A DNA stretch of 64,000 bases from Vicugna vicugna (taxonomy: Eukaryota). The stretch covers positions 1 through 64,000 of the forward strand of contig MU058292.1 of assembly GCA_013265495.1 (NCBI GenBank), in the 5' to 3' direction. The position numbers and the translations under genes are program-made. Below are positions 60,501 through 64,000 of this stretch, piece after piece (positions within the stretch are counted from its first letter, which is position 1; every line of letters starts with the position of its first letter). A model generated the notes under the pieces. That model saw only the letters and a list, made by a program, of their open reading frames with translations, made no database searches and was not told the DNA's origin.

Positions 60501-63349
60501 CCGTGAGTACAGAAAACCTTTCCATTTATTTGCATCCTCTTCAATTTCTTTCATCAATGCCTTACAGTTTTCAGAGTACAGATCTTTCACCTCCTTGGTT
60601 AAATTTATTCCTTGGTATTTTTTTTTGATGCAATTGTAAATGGGGTTATTTTCTAAATTTCTTTTTCTGATAGTTTGTTATTAGTGTATAGAAACACAAC
60701 AGATCTTTGTATGTTCATTTTTTATTCTTCATTTTACTGAAGAATAAAATTCATTAGTTCTAACAGGTTTCTGGTGGAGTCTTTAAGGGTTCTTAGGTAC
60801 TGTAATGTCATCTGCAAATAGCGACTGTATGACTTATTCCTTTCCAATGTGGATGCTTTTTATTGCTTTTCCTTCCCTAACTTCTCTGGCTAAAACTTCC
60901 AGTACGAAGTTGAAAAGAAGTGGTGGTCTGGGCATCCTTGTCTTGTTCCTGATCTTAGAGAAAAAGCTTTCAGGTTTTCAGCTTTATCATTATATAACGA
61001 CCTTTTTCCTCTTATTACAGTCTTTGCATGAAAGTCTACTTTGTATGGTATAAGTATAGCTACCCCTACTTTCTTTTGGTTTCCACTTGCATGAAGTATC
61101 TTTTCTAACTCTTTACTTTCTAAAAACACAGTATGGAAAGCAACTACCAAAGAGATGGAACAAATAACAATACAAGATAAATAAAAGTTAAAAAAAAAAA
61201 AGGATAGACTTAACAGAAACTACCTGTGCCTTTTTGCTCTTGGGTTCACAGAAATTCCTCTTGGGCTTGGTGGCTTGAGTTACAAGAAGTTTTGAAGAGA
61301 CTGATTCTAGTGACTTCCCATAAAATCGCTGAAAAACGTGATACTTTTGCACAGATCTGAGATAATGAGGATCTCTAAGTTTTTCTGAAAAAGAAAAGAC
61401 TTAAAATGCAACACAAGTATATTTTTGCAACAGCATTCTCACTGATGCTTCACACCACCCCACCCCACCCCCACATACACACACACTTTTCCTTTTAGTT
61501 TGGAGCAGTCATTTAGGCTGATTACTTCCATTGAAGAGGGAATCTTCAGTTAAGCTCTCTCATCTGTAGCCTCATTCTTTAAAGGATGGAAGGGATAGAA
61601 CACTCTTTCATCATCTACCTCTCAAAGTAAACATCAAGATGCTGCAGAGAATGACAGCTTCTGAGCACTGCTTCTGTCATGTGCTCTGTGAAGGAGGTTA
61701 ATGGGGGAAGATGGAAAAATCAGGAAGACACCCATCTAGGCCTTCTTGCATCACTTGATAGAAAAACCCTTACTCCAGACCACAGCCACAGAGCCAAGAA
61801 CTTGTCAGCTCAGAAAACCTGTCACTGTGGAAAAATCCATTGACATAGGAAACCCCAACAACAAAGTTATGACTTGCTCCCAGCCCCAAAGAAAACTACA
61901 GTCCTCACTTAAAGGGGATAATTCAGTGGGTTGATTTTTCTATCCTCATCTGCCAATATCAAATCAAACCACTTGGAAGGATGTTAGGGATTAATCTAAA
62001 AAGTCCCTCGTATTTTTTTGGATCTTGGTTGCTGTGTCCATCAACGGGCTGGTGAGTGGTGTGTGTGAGCATGCTTATCATGTACACATCTAGATTTTTC
62101 TGATGCTAAGTTTTGTCCATGTGAAGGAGGGGCTGAGCAGGGGGTAGACCAGGGTGAGAGGAAGACATGGGATGAGCCGGGGAGAAGGGTCCCTAACTCA
62201 CTCTCACTGACATACTGTCAGCAGTGACACTGGCCTCCTGTGGCAGCCCCTCCAACCTGAGCACCATGGCGGTGAACCACTATACTTGTGACGAGCAGAC
62301 AACTGAGTGCTGTGAAAGCTGCTGAAACTGCTCAGAAGCCTTTGGCCTCAATATTTCTGAGGTCAAGGAACACACAGGTGTCAAACTGCAAGCTGTCTTT
62401 GCTTAAAAAAGCTTCTAACTTCTGTGGGGATAAATGCCATTAACCATGCATTTCCTCCCCAGAGAGCCGCGTGCCATGGACAGGTGGCCGTCAGCAACCA
62501 AGGGGGGGCTCTTCCATCACCTGCCTTACTGACACACCTCTAAACACCTAGAACACTGTTATTATTCAAGAAGTATAACTCTTGGCTCATAACACGACAA
62601 CTTTTCATTATAAAATAACAGGAAGAGAGTAAAACCAATCTTAATTTATTTCACCAGAGTCGCAGCACTGACCATTGAACTGACACTTTGTCCTGTCGTA
62701 GTCATCACTGAGGGGTCTGTGGGAATGCCAGTGCACGAGTTCATCAAATTCCTTCTGTCTGACCAGCGAAGTTACAGCAGGGTCGTCACTATGAGATGAC
62801 AGGAAGTACATGCTTATTTTAAACCACATGCCTCCAAACACAGCATAGATTTCATTTTAAAAAAATTTTGTTTTAAAAATCACAGCCACCTTGCCTCTTT
62901 CTGGCATAGAATGTGGATGGTAGGCTCCAAAGAGCAGTTTATTAGGGACTTAAGAACCCAGACTCCACTGTGTATCTCTAACAGTGAGGTCAACATCAAC
63001 AAATATTCATAGATTAATTCATTAATTAAAAACATGCAGGTAGAATGATTTTACTCTAAGATTAAAATCATGTTGATTTTAACCTAGTTATGATCCAAAA
63101 GGCTTTGATATTAAACTCATGTGTTACAAACACATTACATCTAACATACCCTATTTATAAATAATGTCACATTTCATAGAGTCTTTAATGAGTAATTCAT
63201 TCATTCCACCCAGGTATTTACTGAGGCACTTTGAGCCCCATACCTCACCAGGAAGGGCAAATCTTTCAAAATGTCTCCAACAAACTTATCCACCACCTGA
63301 CATGACATTGGAATAAAACCCAAATCAGGCATCTTTTCCTTGAAGGTAT
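12417..63349 (-). CDS. DDX60: DDX60 DExD/H-box RNA helicase gene span (5'-partial; 28 coding exons in window, ~1264 aa C-terminal portion)
   Basis: Spliced translation is colinear with recalled human DDX60 from [20 protein letters not shown] to the C-terminal [18 protein letters not shown]; all SF2 helicase motifs present; phases consistent. The paralogue DDX60L cannot be formally excluded without a tree. Confidence 0.93.
12672..12792. repeat. Imperfect alternating purine-pyrimidine (CA/TG/CG) tract
   Basis: catgcataagtgcatacgtgcacacacgcatgtacacacacgcatacatgcacgtgtgcatgc...cacacacacacacatacac. Confidence 0.8.
12868..13338 (+). mobile_element. MLT1 (MLT1D-like) MaLR solo LTR
   Basis: Starts tgtggtgaatagaataatggtcctccaaag...catcctaatccc; internal gttgctaatcagctga and ctagaagctggaaaagacaa; ends gttacagcagcgtaagaaactgatg. 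Confidence 0.75.
13894..13956 (-). CDS. DDX60: DDX60 exon: (R)[20 protein letters not shown](S)
   Basis: Acceptor ttttgttcag, donor gtgtgt; 63 nt, phase 2-2. Confidence 0.92.
14920..15185. repeat. Purine-rich degenerate hexamer repeat (GAGACA/GAGATG/GAGGTG)
   Basis: gagatggagatg...ggaggtggagacagggacagagacagagggacagagag; source of several low-complexity ORFs. Confidence 0.75.
15192..15343 (-). CDS. DDX60: DDX60 exon: [50 protein letters not shown](R)
   Basis: Acceptor atttcttcag, donor gtgtgt; 152 nt. Confidence 0.93.
16445..16537 (-). mobile_element. Short L1 3'-terminal fragment
   Basis: ttttttttgattgaagtctagtcagtttacaatgttgtgacaatttccggtgtacagcat resembles the reverse complement of the L1 3' end at 35190-35275. 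Confidence 0.65.
16606..16716 (+). mobile_element. tRNA-derived SINE, camelid Vic-1-like
   Basis: ggggagggcagagctcag...aggtcctgggttcaatccccagta (B-box GGTTCAATCC) and tail aaataaataaataaacctaatt; similar to copy at 31101. Confidence 0.75.
18242..18361. mobile_element. ~120-bp insertion of internal L1 ORF2 sequence between 10-bp direct repeats
   Basis: gactgttttt at 18232-18241 and 18362-18371 flank aagggagccctcatacactgttggtgggaatgtaaattggtgcagccactatggag. Confidence 0.7.
19109..19251 (-). CDS. DDX60: DDX60 exon: (D)[47 protein letters not shown]
   Basis: Acceptor tgtggtcag, donor gtaagt; 143 nt. Confidence 0.93.
20000..20165 (-). mobile_element. MIR SINE remnant
   Basis: Core-like tctgcggagaaaactgaggtgtga...ctggcctgaggcctcattgctaacttgtagctaagccagagtttggacc. 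Confidence 0.5.
20508..20655 (-). CDS. DDX60: DDX60 exon: [49 protein letters not shown]
   Basis: Acceptor ccagtgcag, donor gtaagt; 148 nt; inside ORF 20431..20679. Confidence 0.94.
21248..21760 (+). mobile_element. L1 ORF2 3' fragment (an older antisense L1 piece lies at ~21050-21245)
   Basis: ORF 21157..21372 contains [24 protein letters not shown]. Confidence 0.8.
22397..22518 (-). CDS. DDX60: DDX60 exon: (G)[40 protein letters not shown]
   Basis: Acceptor ttctgtatag, donor gtaaaa; 122 nt. Confidence 0.93.
23010..23165 (+). mobile_element. MIR SINE remnant
   Basis: ggttctggagtcagtctg...ttcgaatcttggctc...gatttaacttctctgtgtttcagtttcattatttatgaaat. Confidence 0.6.
24066..24207 (-). CDS. 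DDX60: DDX60 exon: [47 protein letters not shown]
   Basis: Acceptor ttgttctttag, donor gtaagc; 142 nt. Confidence 0.94.
24476..24580 (-). CDS. DDX60: DDX60 exon: [35 protein letters not shown]
   Basis: Acceptor cctccacag, donor gtacga; 105 nt. Confidence 0.93.
26405..26605 (-). CDS. DDX60: DDX60 exon with helicase motif [69 protein letters not shown]
   Basis: Acceptor ctgcttccag, donor gtaggg; 201 nt. Confidence 0.96.
27125..27310 (-). mobile_element. MIR SINE remnant
   Basis: tgcttggcacatgctaag...cattaccctagttacaac...gactggggcttgggga...gactcaaagcctggcactcagactcc. Confidence 0.5.
28123..28227 (-). CDS. DDX60: DDX60 exon with motif [36 protein letters not shown]
   Basis: Acceptor ctttttccag, donor gtactg; 105 nt. 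Confidence 0.96.
29466..29508. repeat. (CA)n microsatellite with GC/GT-alternating lead-in
   Basis: gtgcacgcgtgcacacgcacgtgcacacacacacacacacaca. Confidence 0.85.
29654..29823. repeat. Two diverged tandem copies of an 85-bp unit
   Basis: Units start at 29654 (acatgccccctacaa) and 29739 (acacgccccctacaa); both contain gagcactgggtgg and ccacatcaggga. Confidence 0.85.
30309..30461 (-). CDS. DDX60: DDX60 exon: [51 protein letters not shown]
   Basis: Acceptor cttcttttag, donor gtaggt; 153 nt; GIGYHHS motif typical of Ski2-like helicases. Confidence 0.94.
31101..31233 (+). mobile_element. tRNA-derived SINE, camelid Vic-1-like
   Basis: gggggagagcacagctccgtggtgcaacacatgcccagcaggcacgaggccctgggttcaacctccagtacctcc, then (aaat)n, aacctaattacctacccccc and an A-rich tail. 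Confidence 0.8.
31796..31943 (-). CDS. DDX60: DDX60 exon: (V)[49 protein letters not shown]
   Basis: Acceptor cataaacag, donor gtcagc; 148 nt. Confidence 0.93.
32450..35275 (+). mobile_element. LINE-1-derived element with 5' UTR, ORF1, ORF2 tail, 3' UTR and poly(A), lacking almost all of ORF2; 15-bp TSD
   Basis: TSD aggagtcagccacct at 32435-32449 and 35276-35290; 5' end gagaagcaagatggtggagcag; ORF1; junction at 34600/34601; aataaa and A-rich tail at 35253-35275. Confidence 0.92.
33559..34457 (+). pseudogene. L1 ORF1p (RNA-binding protein), disrupted
   Basis: ORF 33680..34411 is clearly ORF1p-like ([45 protein letters not shown]); upstream ATG at 33559 is out of frame by one base at the A7 run 33670-33676; second frameshift near 34403. 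Confidence 0.88.
37297..37455 (-). CDS. DDX60: DDX60 exon: (L)[52 protein letters not shown](V)
   Basis: Acceptor ttgttcccag, donor gtaagt; 159 nt, phase 2-2. Confidence 0.93.
37945..38790 (-). mobile_element. Two adjacent L1 3'-end fragments (~37945-38300 and ~38390-38790), antisense
   Basis: aaattgaagtacagttgatttataat...agattccacatacaagtgatacc; ggtgagaacactgaaaatctactgtcttggccactttcaagt...agattccacatgtaactgagatcatacagta. Confidence 0.7.
39355..39479 (-). CDS. DDX60: DDX60 exon: [41 protein letters not shown](L)
   Basis: Acceptor ttgttacag, donor gtgagt; 125 nt. Confidence 0.92.
39701..39722. repeat. (CA)n microsatellite
   Basis: aacacacacacacacacacaca. Confidence 0.85.
40491..40619 (-). 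CDS. DDX60: DDX60 exon: [43 protein letters not shown]
   Basis: Acceptor tcttttcaag, donor gtgatt; 129 nt. Confidence 0.92.
41108..41212 (-). CDS. DDX60: DDX60 exon: [35 protein letters not shown]
   Basis: Acceptor taaacgtag, donor gtaaat; 105 nt. Confidence 0.92.
45494..45603 (-). CDS. DDX60: DDX60 exon: (V)[36 protein letters not shown]
   Basis: Acceptor ccttcccag, donor gtgagt; 110 nt. Confidence 0.94.
45700..45842 (-). CDS. DDX60: DDX60 exon: (E)[47 protein letters not shown]
   Basis: Acceptor aatttttgag (GAG), donor gtaggt; 143 nt. Confidence 0.92.
45940..46185 (+). mobile_element. MIR SINE remnant
   Basis: cacgtaatctctctgtgcctcattttccacattttaaaatgtaaataatag...aaagcacttagaacagtacctga. 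Confidence 0.65.
46657..46772 (-). CDS. DDX60: DDX60 exon completing DEVH and containing motif [41 protein letters not shown](E)
   Basis: Acceptor gtcttttacag, donor gtaggc; 116 nt. Confidence 0.96.
46790..47507 (+). mobile_element. 5'-truncated L1 (ORF2 C-terminus plus 3' UTR) abutting the exon acceptor
   Basis: ORF 46891..47085 contains [49 protein letters not shown] (L1 ORF2 C-terminal cysteine-rich region). Confidence 0.88.
49692..49787 (-). CDS. DDX60: DDX60 exon: [32 protein letters not shown]
   Basis: Acceptor ttatttcag, donor gtgggt; 96 nt; ends with the DE of DEVH. Confidence 0.96.
50843..50962 (-). CDS. DDX60: DDX60 exon: [40 protein letters not shown]
   Basis: Acceptor gtcaatcag, donor gtagga; 120 nt. 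Confidence 0.95.
52625..52965 (+). mobile_element. L1MA-like 3' UTR fragment
   Basis: aaggtacatactcccagttataagataa...aaagttggcaagagagtagatttaaaagttctcattacaag...ctgtacacctgaaact...atatctcagtaaaactggaaaaaaataaa. Confidence 0.75.
53037..53214 (-). repeat. Tandem triplication (69-70-bp period) of the exon 3' end and splice donor
   Basis: tgggggccac at 53042, 53111 and 53181, each followed by accacccc. Confidence 0.88.
53176..53325 (-). CDS. DDX60: DDX60 exon with Walker A and motif Ia: [50 protein letters not shown]
   Basis: Acceptor accctgcag, donor gtaggg; 150 nt. Confidence 0.96.
54675..54833 (-). CDS. DDX60: DDX60 exon: [53 protein letters not shown]
   Basis: Acceptor atatcacag, donor gtaatg; 159 nt. 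Confidence 0.94.
54895..55095 (+). mobile_element. L1 3'-end fragment (cetartiodactyl type)
   Basis: tatataaaatagacaaacaacaatgtcctactgtataacacagggaactac...gtataactgaatcattttgctgtacacctgaaact...aactatactccaac plus A-rich tail. Confidence 0.75.
55677..55843 (-). CDS. DDX60: DDX60 exon: (G)[55 protein letters not shown]
   Basis: Acceptor ctttgcccag, donor gtaatg; 167 nt. Confidence 0.94.
57399..57651 (-). CDS. DDX60: DDX60 exon: [84 protein letters not shown]
   Basis: Acceptor ttttgggcag, donor gtgtgt; 253 nt. Confidence 0.93.
59020..61120 (-). mobile_element. Fragmented L1 (L1MA-like), same sense as DDX60, with internal deletions
   Basis: ORF2-like ORFs 59510..59866 ([20 protein letters not shown]), 60354..60590 ([19 protein letters not shown]) and 60890..61150 ([17 protein letters not shown]...[10 protein letters not shown]). 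Confidence 0.88.
61224..61384 (-). CDS. DDX60: DDX60 exon: (E)[53 protein letters not shown]
   Basis: Acceptor ctttttcag, donor gtagtt; 161 nt. Confidence 0.92.
62673..62788 (-). CDS. DDX60: DDX60 exon: (S)[38 protein letters not shown]
   Basis: Acceptor atctcatag, donor gtcagt; 116 nt. Confidence 0.93.
63244..63349 (-). CDS. DDX60: DDX60 exon (most 5' in window): [34 protein letters not shown](S)
   Basis: Acceptor ttgtttacag, donor gtatgg; 106 nt. Confidence 0.92.
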
Positions 63350-63448
63350 CTGTAAACAAGTAAAAAATTAAGACAAGGTCAAATGTGAAACTTTTATACA
63401 TATTATACATACAAACATATTATACATCATTTTCCAAAACTTCACATT

Positions 63449-63518
63449 AAAGAAACATTTTTCATTGATCTAAATTTACACTGAAAGAAACATTTTTCAT
63501 TGATCTAAATTTACACTG
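63449..63518. repeat. Perfect 35-bp tandem duplication
   Basis: aaagaaacatttttcattgatctaaatttacactg occurs twice, head to tail. Confidence 0.92.
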
Positions 63519-63600
63519 ATCAATTCCAGCCCATCCCATAAAGCTACTTCCCACATTAAAACACTCTGGAACACCGCAGTGTATAAGAAAGGCAGCACTC

Positions 63601-63636
63601 AGGTAGGTAGGTAGGTAGGTAGGTAGGTAGGTAGGT
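63601..63636. repeat. (AGGT)9 tetranucleotide microsatellite
   Basis: Direct read of the sequence. Confidence 0.93.
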
Positions 63637-64000
63637 TTTGAGATGGATAGATAGACAGAAAAACGCCTGTTTCCTATTTCCAAATGTTTATTCCTTTTCT
63701 TATATCTTATTATGGGACAAGGAATTTGAACATGGAAGTCTCACTCATAAATCTCTTACATTATACTTTTATGAAAATAAAATGAAAAAACAGTAGAGGA
63801 AGATACCGATGTCAGTGAAGTTACTGGGTATCACTGGTGTCTTCCCTTACATCCTTCTGGATATTACAAACATGGATACACACACACAACAGTGTTCATA
63901 CATGTCACATGCACACTGTATATATGACAGCTGGCTAACGAATGCCTTTTTATCTAATATCTGGCTCCTAATTCCAGGTAGGCTGCCTATTACTCCCCTG

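Overview
Mammalian genomic DNA, most likely camelid (camel/alpaca/llama), judged from two Vic-1-like tRNA-derived SINEs. The main feature is the 3' three-quarters of DDX60, the interferon-inducible Ski2-like DExD/H RNA helicase, on the minus strand. I traced 28 coding exons by hand from 63349 down to the stop codon at 12417. They total 3797 nt (about 1264 codons), all have GT-AG boundaries with matching phases, and there are no stops. Helicase motifs I (APTSSGKT), Ia (YVAPTKAL), II (DEVH), III (SAT), V and VI ([10 protein letters not shown]) are intact. The promoter and 5' exons lie beyond the right edge. Left of the gene is about 11 kb of mostly L1/Tigger remnants, ending at base 1 in degenerate telomere-type (CCCTGA/CCCTAA) repeats. 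The most unusual structures are: (1) a tandem triplication of the motif-Ia exon end that creates a candidate 39-nt in-frame microexon; (2) a TSD-flanked, ORF1-only (HAL1- or spliced-L1-like) element; (3) an L1 inserted into the 3' splice site of the DEVH exon; (4) a stop-free in-frame 96-nt intron; (5) the apparently subtelomeric position of the gene. Gene and repeat names come from recalled sequence similarity, not database searches, and repeat boundaries are approximate unless a TSD is given. Most entries in the ORF track are spurious.
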